64,000 bases of DNA from Malacoraja senta (taxonomy: Eukaryota): assembly GCA_038087875.1 (NCBI GenBank), contig CM075988.1:27344001-27408000 (forward strand), read 5' to 3'. How positions within the stretch are numbered: the first letter of the stretch is position 1; each line of letters begins with the position of its first letter. Shown in pieces: positions 35,981 to 50,000 of this stretch. The position numbers and the translations under genes were made by a program. Under the pieces are notes generated by a model. That model was not told where the DNA came from. It saw only the letters and a list, made by a program, of their open reading frames with translations, and searched no databases.

Positions 35981-37729
35981 AAACAAAATTTGATGACCAG
36001 AAATATGGCCGGGTATTAGATTACTTCGAAGAGGACTGAAGGCGAATGAATAATGCATTCATAAGTTGTTCTTCAGAGATAGTTTAACTGTGTGCATTAT
36101 ATCTTCAGCATTGATTTTAGGTGCTGTTTATTATTACTTTGGAGCACTTAGGCCATTTATATAACATTATTTTATCTGACACTATAACCCATTGTCTAAT
36201 CCAGTTAGTATAAATAATTTAATGTTGCATTTTAAAGAATGCTGATAACTATCTTGCTAATATTTTAGGTGTACATATACCTCAAACTGTCATTCATAAG
36301 TTTCAGTAGTGTTCTTTTAATGATGTGACAGCCCTAATAATAGTGACAAAATTGGAATTAATAGGAAGAGAATAAAGTATTTGGCAAGAACTAAAGATAA
36401 TAGCTAAGGTCTTCCATATAATTAATTGAAGGAAATATCTGTTGATCCAACTCTGGATGTTGAAATTTAGATGCAAAAAACAGTCAGTGCAGGTGGTGAT
36501 GAGGTTGTCAGCATGTGTGTGGTAAGTGGCATTTTTAAATAACTTTGTCAATGGGCAGCATGTTGATGTAGGGAGGCCCCAGAATCCTTGGGACTGCTTG
36601 AGGTAATGGACCAGGGAGAAATCATTCTCTGGCTTAGCTGGTTAGGTGTGGACAGAGGCGGGGTCTTAACCTGGTGGGTGATGGCAGAGAGGTGTTGGGG
36701 GAGGATGGTGGGTCAAACAAGTCAGTAGTTGCAGGTAGGTAAAAAAGAATGAGAAACTAATGTTGAACTTTGTCACGGTCACTCACTATTCAATATTATA
36801 AGAAGAAAAGTATTTTAATTGTGAGGGTTCTAAATTAAATTTAAGAAAAGATTGGTAAAGAGTTGGGAGATGCACTTTATTCAAGTGTTTTGCAAAGGAT
36901 TGAGAGTATGTGATGAATCAATTGATCCATGGTTCGTTGACATCTATGGGACTATCAGGCATTTCCAGACATTGGTGCTTGGCAATAAGAAAACTAAAGA
37001 GTGCTCTCTAAAGAGACCACTACAGTGTGCTTTGGAAACCCTGTTATTGATTATTATAAGGCCAGGGGGAGCTTTAATGACCTTTATTATCTCACAAATA
37101 GATAGTTCCTAGATGTGACCCACTCCAGAGCATTGCTCTTTCAAAACCTTCTATAAATTTCCCCGTTCCTGGTGAGCTCCGCAACATCGTGAGCTCTTGT
37201 GTGTTGGAACAGTAATAGGTCCCGATCACAAAGATGGGCTTCCTTTTGTTGTTACTTCGACCCCTGCATTTCAGAGAATTGTTGATTACATATGTAAAGT
37301 TTTTGTACTCAATTATTTTTTTCCCATCCTCTTTCTGTTCACTTTGCCAGAGATTTTGATGAGACCATTCAGGGTCATAAAAAGGTCAATTTTTTTTTAA
37401 ATGAAAAGAAAATAAGTGAATATGTCCACTATAATTATTGACCGCTGACAAAGCCAAGAGCAACATATGGCTCAGTTGAGGTTTCAGTCGAGGGCTGTGC
37501 TTCCAATTTTGGGTCAATTTGAAGCGAATTTTGCGGCACAATGAATTAGTGATATAACGTCAGTAGCAGTGCTTGTAATACCTTTAAGACCTGGCCAGAG
37601 ACTTACAGTTATTATATGCATGAAAAGTGATGACCTCAGGCTTTTGTGGATTGCAAATGATGATATAAAAGTGTTTTTTTTAAATTTTATTTTCAAATAT
37701 TACCTATCAATGGTCTTCACAATGAACAC

Positions 37730-37985
<256 letters not shown>

Positions 37986-37987
37986 AT

Positions 37988-39037
37988 CATGACTACACTT
38001 CTTCCCACCCTGCTTCCTGTAAAAACTCTATCCCCTACTCCCAATTCCTCCGTCTACGCTGCATCTGCGCTCAGGATGAGGTGTTCCATACCAGTGCGTC
38101 GGAGATGTCCTCATTCTTTAGGAAAAGGGGGTTCCCCCTCTTCCATTATGGATGAGGCTCTCACTAGGGTCTCCTCGATATCCCGCAGCTCCACTCCTGC
38201 TCCCACTCCCCTTGTCCTCACCTTCCACCCCATCAGCCATCGCATACAGCATATAATCCTCCAACAGTTTTGCCACCTCCAACGGGATCCCACTACTGCC
38301 CACATCTTCCCATCTCCACCCCTTTCTGCTTTCTGCAGAGACCATTTGCTCCGAAACACCTTGGTCAGTTCGTCCCTTCCCACCCAAACCACCCCCTCCC
38401 CAGGTACTTTCCCCTGCAACCGCAGGAGATGCAACACCTGTCCCTTTAGCTCCCCCCTCGACTCCATCCAAGGACCCAAACAGTCTTTCCAGGTGAGACA
38501 GAGATTCACTTGCACCTCCTCCAACCTGATCTATTGTATCTGCTGTTTCAGGTGTCAACTTCTCTACATCAGCAAGACCAAGCGCAGGCTCGGCGATCGT
38601 TTCGCTGAACTCCTCCGCTCAGTCCGTCTTAACCTACCTGATCTCCCGGTGGCTCAGCACTTCAACTTCCCCTCCCATTCCCAATCTGACCTTTCTGTCC
38701 TGGGCCTCCTCCATTGTCAGAGTGAGGCCCAGCGCAAATTGGAGGAACAGCACCTCATATTTCGCTTGGGTAGTTTACACCCCAGTGGTATGAACATTGA
38801 CATCTCTAACTTCAGATAGCCCTTGCTTTCCTCTCCCCCTTCCCAGTTCTCCCACTAGTCTTACTGTCTCCGACTACATTTATCTTTGTCCCACCCCCTC
38901 CCCTGACATCAGTCTGGCTTCGACCCGAAACGTCACCCATTCCTTCTCTCCAGAGATGCTTCCTGACCCGCTGAGTTACTCCAGCATTTTGTGTCTACCT
39001 TCGATTTAAACCAGCATCTGCAGTTCTTTCCTACACT
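37988..39037 (+). mobile_element. 5'-truncated Penelope-like element (RT thumb remnant + GIY-YIG endonuclease)
   Basis: DYTSSHPASCKNSIPYSQFLRLRCIC; CNRRRCNTCP; FTCTSSNLIYCICC..CQLLYISKTKRRLGDRF; PVAQHFN; RKLEEQHLIFRLGSLHPSGMNID; PLE-type 3' end with cgacccgaaacgtcacc. Confidence 0.92.
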
Positions 39038-39061
39038 ATATACACTATATATATATATATA

Positions 39062-39792
39062 CTAGACTAAGTGGGACCCGTTGGGTCCCAGCATCACACG
39101 AGAGGGCTGGTCCCCCAACGCAATATTCCACCTCTCCACCAATTCCAATATTGGTGGCCAGTGGGGGGGGGGGGGCTTCCTGGAGCGCTAGAATGGATGT
39201 GGGCTGATGGGACTGGTTTCCAGAGGGCTAGTATGGACATTGTGGGCCGAATGGATTCTTGGGCTGGCGGATCAGTCACTCAAGCCTGTTGTGCTGGCAG
39301 CTCACTCACTCACGGCTGGTGGGCTGGCAGTTGACTCATGGCTATTCATTGAAATTCCATTTCAAGCAGGGTACAAGGCCACCAAATTCAAGTGCAGTTT
39401 CTTACCACTCCAAGCAGGGTGCAAGGCCACCAAATTCAAGTGCAGTTTCATACCATTTCAAGCAGGGTGCAAGGCCACAAAAGACAGCGAGTCGTGACCT
39501 CTCCCTCCTCCATCTTGCAGAGACTGAACCATGCCCACACTTCTGGGTTTTATAGTCCTTCCTCCTCCCACCAGAAGGGGCTTGGCCTTCATGGCGTGAT
39601 TGACAGGAGAGAGAATCTCAACATTTTTTAAACACTAATAACTGTTTTATTTTTCATCCTCTTGTCCTGCGCAGCGGAGCGGGACTCTGAGTAAGATGGC
39701 CAAAAATCACAGCCATAAGTGGCAGCGTTTTTTCTAAAATCAATATACAGAACAACAGGAAGTGGTCAAGATCAGACTTTTCATAATATAGA
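39062..39792 (-). mobile_element. Non-autonomous Helitron
   Basis: Minus strand starts TC (TCTATATTATGAAAA), ends CTAG, lies between A and T with no TSD; GC-rich hairpin TGGGACCC-AAC-GGGTCCCA (39090-39072) just before the 3' end; internal ~48-bp tandem repeat at 39357-39480. Confidence 0.88.
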
Positions 39793-40459
39793 TATATATA
39801 TATAGTGTATCTATATCTGTATACTATGGATGTCTTGATCATAATCATGTATAGTCTTCTTGCTGACTAGATAGCACACAACAAAATGCTTTTCACTGTA
39901 CCTCAGTACACATGACAATAACAAACTAAACTAAACTAACATCACCTATCATAAACACAAAATACTGGAGTAACTCAGCAGGACAGGCAGCATCTCTGGA
40001 GAGAAATGGGTGAGATTTTGGGTCGAGATCTTCAGACATTCAGACCCGAAATGTCACCCAGAGATGCTGCCTGTCCCACAGAGTTACATAGAAATTAGGT
40101 GCAGGAGGAGGCCATTCGGCCCTTCGAGCCAGCACCGACATTCATTGTGATCATGGCTGATCGATTGGGATCATGTTACTCCAGCATTTTGTGTCCACCT
40201 TCGATTTCAACCAGCATCTGCAGTTCTTTCTTTACATCACCTATCCATGTTCTCTAGAGATGCTGCCTGACCCGCTGAGTTACTCCATCACTTTGTATCC
40301 TTCTGTGTGAGAAAATATGTTCATTAAAGAGGCAATTTTTTACTGGTATTTTCATTATTCAGATTTATGACTGGGTATTGGAAATAGAATGATGTTTTCT
40401 GCAGTGAAGTATCGTGCTGCAGATTTAATTTTTAAATTAGTGCTGTCCCTCTGCAGTTA

Positions 40460-40730
40460 TAGTCATAGACTCATAGAGTGATACAGTGTGGAAACAGGCC
40501 CTTCGGCCCATCTTGTCCACACCGGCCAACATGTCCCAGCTACACTAGTCCCACCTGCCCACTTTTGACCATACCCCCCTAAACCTGTCCAATCCATGTA
40601 CCTGCCTAACTGTTTCTCAAATGTTGGGATAGTCCCTGCCTCAACCACCTTCTCTGGCAGCTTGTTCCATACACCCACCACCCTTTATGTGAAAAAGTTA
40701 CCCCTCAGATTCCTACTAAATCTTTTCCTG
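40460..40730 (-). mobile_element. CR1 3' end fragment
   Basis: ORF 40463..40681 VGVWNKLPEKVVEAGTIPTFEKQLGRYM. Confidence 0.85.
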
Positions 40731-40853
40731 CAAAAGAGCAGCCTGCAAAAAGATCAATGGTAATTATTTTTCCAAAGTAGTTAAGGTCCCCCAAACCCAA
40801 AAGTTCTCCTTGAGAGATAGTGAGGACTAATTATTGTTGTTTTTTTTGGTCAG

Positions 40854-41083
40854 GTTTTCAAATCTCACAGGTCCAGCAGCCCAGTGAATCTCAGGTTCTC
40901 CAGCCCCAAGGCATTCTCTACCTCCAACAGAAGAAGAGACACTCTCGTCAGGACCCGTACGGTTATTTTTCTGCCATGAAGGAAGAGTTTCACAAGTACA
41001 GACACCAGCCTGAGGATGAAGTGGCCATTCTGGGGAAGGTGGATCATGAAGAACAACAAGGGCAGACAACCCTGCTTAAGTAA
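40854..41083 (+). CDS. Unidentified gene, candidate last coding exon
   Basis: Branch point ACTAAT, T-tract, cag; phase-compatible with 35548-35669; FQISQVQQPSESQVLQPQGILYLQQKKRHSRQDPYGYFSAMKEEF...TTLLK*. Confidence 0.55.
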
Positions 41084-44000
41084 TAGATATTAGTTTAACA
41101 AAATATTTGACACGAATTGTGAATCAATGTACAGAATGTGTTTCTCAGCTCAGCGAAGTCAAGTACAGACCCCGTGGTAGAAGTTAGCCTCATGGAAACA
41201 GCAGTATTATAGTGCTATTTTCATAGCTACCTTTGCCACCATTCAAAGTATCAGCACCATATTCGTATATATCCCTGGAAAGGTCTAATTAAAGGGTGGC
41301 AATATTTTGATTTGCCAATCTACTTAGTTTAAGTGCTTGAAGAAATTGCTGTGAAGAAACATGTAGTTTGTAATAAGTTTATGCCAAGAATATGGAAACA
41401 CGTCTAAATGGGGAATATTTATCTGTCCATCAATACCATATCCCCTCCAAGATGACTTCATAGTATCAACATAACAGGTCAGTCACTGATGGTATATATC
41501 CTGTGAAATGGTTTGTGTGTTTCTCCAGATCTTGCTGCTTTGCAATGTCACAGTTTCTAATAGATATATATGTTCCATCTCAATCTACTATTTAAGATGC
41601 CATCATTCTGGTGCTGAATTTATTGTTTATGTACAGTACATCTAACCAGTGAAGTTATACGTCAACAAAGGGAAGATCTATAATGGAAATTTAATGCGGA
41701 ATGGCACAAGCTTGTTGCCATTTGTTAATATTTGTCTGGCCCTTCTCTAATTTCTACTGAAAGGCCCTCATATTAATTTTATTAGTCACAATTAATAAAA
41801 ACCATTTTTTGTTAAATGCCATCGGACATGAAAAATGTTAAATGCTGCATAAGGTGGTTCTAATTTATTTATTAGCTTTTATAGTTTCCACTTTAGCTCA
41901 ACATCACAATTTTCACAATTGTATATTGAGTGAGTGTGACAAATTGGATTTAAGAAGTGCATAACAACTATGAGAGATTCACCCAAATGGTGCTGTCAAA
42001 CATTCTATTAAAGCAGGTAAGGAGGTGAAGGAAATAATTTGTTCACCTTGTTCAAGGTTATTTTAAAACTATTACTACGCTGACAGGACTGACAATCATT
42101 GTCTTTAAATCATCCCACGAGTTTTCAATTTGAAAACCTGCCTTTGGCAGTTGATTAACCCATTATGTTTTTATCAATGAAATCACATTTGATAGTTTGC
42201 CAAGTTAAATAATCGTTAGTGGATTAATTCATTCCTTCACCTCCTCCTCCTGTACTTGTAAAGCCCTGTATTAATTTTTACAATATAAAAATGGCAATAA
42301 AACAGATTTCTATCCATGAAGTTGAATACTATCACTGGGACAGAAAATCCCTTCATCAATCCTGTGACCTAAATAATTATATATGGAGATCAATGTTGGT
42401 ATTCTTTGGTATGATGTCCAATTATAAAGAACTGGTAACAAATCTGATTAGTTACTTTCAATTTTTATTAAATCAGCAAACATCCTGTTGTTATCAGTGC
42501 CTGTTTGTATGAGATCCATAATCTAATTGATGTTTGAATTCCTTGGCTTTCAAGAGGATCAAATGGATTTTTTATCAAGGAAATTGATTGAAAATTACAA
42601 TATCAGAATTTCCAGGACAAACCTTTGAATATTGCAGATACAAACGTAATTAAATATTGCAGTTCTGATAACCAATTGGATATTACGAAAGTAAGCTTCC
42701 CCTAATACTCGGATATGAATTAATAAAATGTCAATGGAATATTCACATTGTCACAATAGATCTGGCATTTAATAATAGCAATCAAAAATAAATGTTCAGA
42801 TTTAGCTGTTTCTCTATGTCTTTAAATGTCTTTGGGGAAAAGTGAAGAGAGGTGGGGATATTGATATGAAGTAATATTGCTCTTGATAGAATTTATTTCC
42901 TCCATCTTTTCTATCAGTTTCTATTAATGTGCAAGACTTGTTAATGGATATTGACCTATCACTTGGATAGTTACCCTGGTTACAACTTTGGTGAAATCTC
43001 AAAACTTAAGTGATTTAGGGAAATAAATAAATTTCTGACTTGCATTTTAATGTTATATCAAAACACTTATGTTGGCCAATAAAATGTCATTTTGGCATTG
43101 AACAGAATGAAAATGCTCTGATAACGATTTAATGCACAACTTGCAAAAATCCATTTACAGTGAAAAATTGCCCTTGTAATAATTGATAATAAAGCATTGG
43201 TTTCCTTTCATAGGGCCATAAATGGAAAGCATATGAGTTTATGGAAGTGACCCACTTTTAAAAGGTCTGCCGTAACTCAATGTCTCAGGTGGGATATCCA
43301 TTAACTAGCTTGCGATGATTTATAAAAGTGTGGAATGTGACTCCCATCTCTCCGTTGGTTCCCATTGTCATTACACTAAAGAAAAGCGCAATCTGAGATT
43401 TATTTAACAGTGTATATGGTATGAATGAAACATTTGTTAATGAACTAGTGAGAGTATCCCACTCATGACAGTCTGCAATACTTTTTGAGAAATCATTGAA
43501 TAATATTAACAGAGACAAGAGCTTTCTCTCATAAATTTTAAATGTGATCAAACTTAGTGTGAAAGTTCAGGGCAAATGTACTTGAATAATGACATCCCCC
43601 TCTGTGTTTAAATTCCTTTTGGCTTAGTGTGAAAACATGTTTAAAGAGAGAAAAAAATGTTTATTCGGAAAATTACTGGTTATAAATATGAGAGATATAT
43701 TTATAGTACTGTGTAATTAATGTGACATCTGCCTCAACAAATATTGGATAGGAACATTATCTCTTTGTAGCAGAAATCTTTATGTAGAGAGACATTTTTA
43801 CAGATGCTTTATTAATGATGCATGCAGCTTGAAAGGTAAATAGACTTTGAAGAAATGTAGAGGAAAATGAAAGTTAAATTAGTCAGGAAAAATGTATAAA
43901 GAAACTAAACTGTAGGATATTAAAGTAGTAGTTTAGCAGAAAATATTCTGCTGCATGATAGAGCTTTGGGATGTATTTGTTGATGTGAGAAGGGGGAAAA

Positions 44001-47000
44001 TGAGATTTTGTCAACGTGGCTGGCATTTCTCATTCAAAATGCCGATGGCTTGCATTAACTGAGGAGTTCTGAAATGTAAATATTTATTCTGTACACATAC
44101 TGAGCAAAATAATATTAGACACTGATCATACCTGGGTCAGATCACCTTTCAACCTTATAAATTATTCTTACCATGTCATCTCTAAAGTCTCAGTATCATG
44201 CTGTGTTATACCATTTCCAAGGTAAACATGTCAGTCTAATCAAAGCCGTTAACAAGGTTAAGGGATTCAGTAATGTACCTATAGGAAATTTATTTCCTTG
44301 CTTGTGGATGTTAAGATTATAAATTGAAATAAGAAAACACTTTATCTTATAAAGAACAGTGTAAGTGTGAAACTCTATGTCTAAAGAGGTTGCAGATGTA
44401 TCAATTGACATTTTCTTTTACCCAAGTTTGTTCTTTCAATACAAGTCCGTTGTTAGTAAGGAAAGGTTGAACCTGGGCAATAGGAAGTAAGATGGATGAG
44501 CCAAGATCTAATTGAAAAGTCAGAAGGCGAAACGAACTTGATAGCCTAAGCCTGTGCCTCTGTTCATGTCAGACTCAATGCCACTTTGAATAATTTTTCC
44601 TCAGTTACACAGGCCAACATGTGGTGTCCAGACCAAATAGGTTTTTATCTGTTCAAGTGACTTGCCAGACAGTTACAAGGCCGCAGCTTGATAGGCCATC
44701 TATCAACATATTGCCAACAAACTACGATGGGCTAAGTTACACGTTGATTGGATAACCTGCCTGTTACACAATAGCATTCATAGAATAAAATGAGGACAAC
44801 GTTAATACCTGAGAAATATGAAAAATTAGGACTGAATAATGAGAATTTCAATAATGTTGATGTGACAGCACTGTGCATTTCTGTGCATTAAATGATCCCA
44901 CTGTTGCATTTACAGGAAGGGTTGTTTCTAAAACATAAAGAGCTTGGGGCTCAGCAATCTCATGCTTCCACTCTCCCAACTACTGTTTCAGTCAGTTCTA
45001 TCACCAGATAAATGTTTCCTAATTCCAGGCTTCTCTTCTGTCACTTTAATGGGCTTATTTTGGTTATATTATTTCAGAGCTCCAAAATTCCTTTGCTAAA
45101 GGATCCCACCAGACTACCTCAAATGTACAGAGGAGGCCATAACTCATGTACATTGGGTACAAAGTATCATTGAATCGATCAAAACTCAACATGAGCAACA
45201 GAGGACAAATTATCTCTCTAAATTCTAAAATAAACAGGAGCAAAAACTGGGATTAATCGAAAGTCAAAATAAAGGCAGAAAAATTGCAAATAATACTTAT
45301 TTTCCTTACATCACCAATATTAACAGCACTCTTAAGGAATACATAGAAAATAGAACATAAAACAGTACAGCACAAGAACAGGCCCTTTGTCTGTGCTGAA
45401 CATGATGCCATGACCATTACTTAACTACCTGCACATAACCAATATCCCTCCATTCCCTCCATTCACAAAGATGTGACAGAGTCTGCTTTTTAAAGTATTT
45501 ATGTCCATCTGTTACTATCAAATTATCTGTCCAGCCCTGAAAATTTAATTTTACACATGGACTTTAATTGCAAATAGCACTGGAGAGTTTTAAAAAAAAC
45601 AAAGGGTTATTTTTATTTTCACTTTCTCCCCTGAGCTATTGAGGAGGGAGTTCCAAGGTTTAGACTCAGAGAATGTGAAGAATCAGCAATACATCTCCAA
45701 TTCAGGACAGCGTGTGAGTTTAAAGAGAACTTGCAAGTGTTCTGACTGTTTAGATATTTTACTGTACCAGAAGCCTGAATGACCACTTACCAATTCCTCT
45801 CCTTCCCTCATTGAGATGAATGGTGAATAAATGCTGGCTTTGACAACAATGCCCACATCCTGCTAATGAATTAATAAAATAAAATCACAGAAGGAAATGT
45901 TCTGGCCCTTTTATAGATTTTTATAATTCGTAAAACATTTTGATTAATGCACCCCTCCCGTCCAGAAAATCCGTAAAAATAATTATTTTATTTTCACCAT
46001 TCTCAACCTCAATTTGCATTGTCGCTGCATCATCTGTTAAGACATGTTTAATCAGAACCTTTTGCCATTATTTCTTTACCACAATATTGTAAAACTACAT
46101 CAAAGCTTGCATTGAACAAGGTTTCTCACTGGATATGTTTCTCTTTGTTCAACATGTCCTACATGTCCTCCATCTCACCTTTTACGTTAAATCAGACTTT
46201 TACCAATATGTATTTCAGACGTATGTGTCTTTCCAGGGCAATCATTAGCAGCATATTGGGAATGTTGCCATAACAATATCATGCTAAACCAAATGAGATG
46301 TTGCTTCTGTAAGATCGCACTAAAATAATTTGAATGTGCATTGCTCCCAGAATCTGATGCTTACCTATTAAATTCAAAAATATAACAAAGCACCAAAGAT
46401 TTCTTACTAAAGCTTGAAGGGAAGGCATGGCCACTTTGTTTCGGGTCGACGATGTAATGCATAAAATAAGTGTTTGATAGAGGATTGAGATGAGTTAAGT
46501 TGCTCCATTATCTCATTTAAGGAATCAATTATCTGAAAGTGTTGCAAATGGTCAGGTGAATAATTTAAAAGGGAGAAATATCAAATGAAATTAGCAGAAA
46601 TCGGCATAAACCACTGTGGACAATCATATATCTTTCCTTGATGGAGATCCATCAAAGTGTGATACCATGGTGCATTAATGAGTTTCTTAGTTCTATTTCT
46701 TCAAGATATTGATAGAGAAGCTGGCTAGTTTCATAATGGCTGTCCCCATTTCCATTTAAGAATTAATAAAAGGAAAGTCTTGTATATTTAGGATACTGGT
46801 GACATAGAATAATAGTTGCCAGAAACCATGTTTACAACTGTTGGACTAAATCTGTGGAAAACCATCATCTCGCCAGTATTTTGCTGCATTGTGTCTCATG
46901 AACATTGATTTTTCACTTTGGAAAGCAACATTTTACTTGTGTTCCACTTTATTGCAGAAATGTAATTTTTTTTTAATCTATTTGTTCCTGATTGAATCAT

Positions 47001-50000
47001 AGCCATTTACATGCAGTCTGCTAATTTATCATCTTATTTTCTTGCAAATTCTTATCTATAGCATTTAATAGCATTGTCAACTTATATGGGAATAATTGCA
47101 TTTTAGCATCAAAGGCTTGGGATTCTAAATTAGGTAGTCCTAAAGTTATTTCAGAACAAACCTGACTTTTTTTTCAGTGCTGGAAGTGAAATAGCTAATT
47201 GAGGAAGAATATTCAGGGAGAATGTAGAAGGCAATAATATTCCAATTAATATTCAGCACGATACGCCGTTCAATACGATCATGACTGATCATCCAATATC
47301 AGTACCCCATTCCTGCTTTCTTCCCATATCCCTTGATTCCATTAGCCCTAAGAGCTATATCTCAGTAGTCCTCAGAGAGGATTTTTATGTCACAAATTAT
47401 TTTGGCAAGCTGAGTAGTCTGTTAGCTTTTCCTTTTGTTCTGTGGACTTCATTATGAATCAAGCGATTAATGAAAGAAACCCTAGACAAAAATCATTGTA
47501 ATATCCCCAGTCCAATTCCAAGTGGATGCGTTCACAGTTAATTTTGTATTTTTGTTCCAAGAGCACTTAAGTATGTGGTGGAAACTTTTAAAGTAGTTTC
47601 AACAGTGATTTTCTGCAATATACAGTAGTTCGGGTATTGAATATCTTCCTTACCCACTAGTTCCTCATTCAGTGAGCTTGCGTCACAGTTGTTAATCCTT
47701 CATGCAAAATTCATCAAGGTGAAATATTTAGGGAGGAGTTTTAATCCATCTGACAGCAACAGAAGACTAACAAGACAGTTTTACATCAGAGTAGCCATTG
47801 ACCCAATGCTCAAAGTGCATTTGACCCCAGTATAGCATCTCTGAGCTGTGTGAGTGCCCTTGTACTTAATTAACCTATCAGGATAAAAATAACAAGAAAC
47901 CTTGGCCAGAATATTGAATTCAGTACCAAATCCGAAGTAAACAGAAAATTAAATATTTCATTAAGAAAGATAAATTAGATTGTTTAAAAAAAGATTACTT
48001 TTAACAATCAACAATAAATAAAATCTTATGAAATGAGACTATACATTATCAAGTCAGTTCATAGTGCCAGAAACCTTTCTCCCTAACAGAAATTAAGGCC
48101 AATCACAGAATTGAAAAGATACTTGCACTGAAATGGACAATAAGTCTTAATTTGCTTCGGAGACAAGAAATTGCAGTGGCTGGAATCTTGAGCAAAATCC
48201 AAGGAGCTGGAGGAACTCAGCAGGTCAGGCAACATCTATGGACATTTTGGGTCTGGACCCCTCTTCAGACTGAAGAATCCTGAGTCAAAGGTTCATCTGT
48301 CCTATCCCAGCACAGATACTGCCTGACCCACAGAGTTCCTCCAGTACTTTTTTGTTTGCTCTTAACTGAATTTAGTATGTATGTAGAGTTGTAGAATGGA
48401 AACAGGCCTTCCAGCCCAAATCGTTCATGGCAATCAAGATGTCCATCTGAGCTAGTCTGTTTGCCTGTGTTTGGCATATCACTCTAAACCTATTCTATCC
48501 ATTGACCTGTCGAAATATCTTTGTAGTGTTGTGATTGTACCCACCTCTATAGCTTCCTCTGACATTCCATTTATCCACCATCAATGTGAAATAGTTGCCC
48601 TTCAGGTCCGTTTTAAACTTTTCTCCCCTCACCTTAACCCTATGCCCTCATGTTTTAGATTCCCCTACTCTGGAAAAAACGCATTGACCATCAGATACCG
48701 AGGTTATTACGCATCTCCAGTTTGTGCCAGTATATTTGTAATCTATGGTGCCACTGGTTACATGGTAAATCAGACAGGTTGCTACAGCGAACTAAGAGGT
48801 TTGACCTCTACTGTTATTTACACCATAATTTATAGTTTATAGCAACTAAATACAGCTGCTTTTGAGTTTATAAATGTAAATTTAGAAAATAATTTCTGCT
48901 AAAAGAAATGACTCTTGCCAATGTATAGGCCGATTTAATCAGATTTTACTTATTGTTGATGTTAAAAAAGTTCATAGTTTTTATTACTGTCTACTTTATC
49001 TTTCTTATCTCTTTTGTCTGGCAGTTGTTACAGCCTCGTTCTGTTTTTAAACTGTGAATGGACAGAAGCAGTGGTATGCACCCTGTCCCACCATGCTACC
49101 AATAAAGAGCTGACCTCCAGTCAAGACTTTTGTTGCTCAACTTTCGCTGCTCTTTTTCAGTGGTGAGGGGCAATTCTGTGTGTAAATTATGCCCATCATT
49201 AGAAGCAAGAGATTGAGGAGCAGTGAAGTTGAGTTTACAGGGATGGGTATGCTAAATAGGAATCCTTCCTACTTGTTCTCAAAATAAACACTTGTCGAGA
49301 GAGGTAAAGAGCCAACTAGATGTAAATAAGCCTCATTTGCTGATCTATTCAGTCAACTTCAAAGGACAATCTCTTAGCATATCGCTTGAAATATGATCAC
49401 AGTATTCTCACTGTTCCAATCAGTATTGAAGAAAGTTAATTTTGATCTTGGTAGTGGTCAATTAGAAACCTTGCTTTTTGATGGGGCTATATTTATTTAA
49501 TCGGCTTCCCTTCTCCCTGATGGCGCCTCTTCTGATGAAGTTCGTGCAGGATAGCGCCCCACTGCTAGAGCTGGCAGGCCATGAATATAGCGTATTTACC
49601 TGTGTCTGGACAGATACCACTATTGACTGATGTAAATATGAGGTTTCACACCCAAGAAATATCCAGTAAGTATGGAAAATAGGCCAACTGATATCCCTCT
49701 TCCTCCATCTCCATCTCCATGCCACGAATGAGACCAATTACACTGCCCCTCCTCATCAAAAGAGTTAGGCATTTAGATTATTAACTGGTTAGCACAGGCC
49801 AAAGGTTACTCTTGGCACCTTGCTGCCTGTCCCATAAGGGTTACTATAAAATATATTGTACAGTCATCGCTCTTATATCATTTTCTCATGAAGATTAGTA
49901 AAACAAGTTATTGATAAAACCATGAAAAAAGTTAAAGATATCTTGTTAACAATTGATAACAATTATTTAAAACTTAATACAAATACTATCATCTACACCA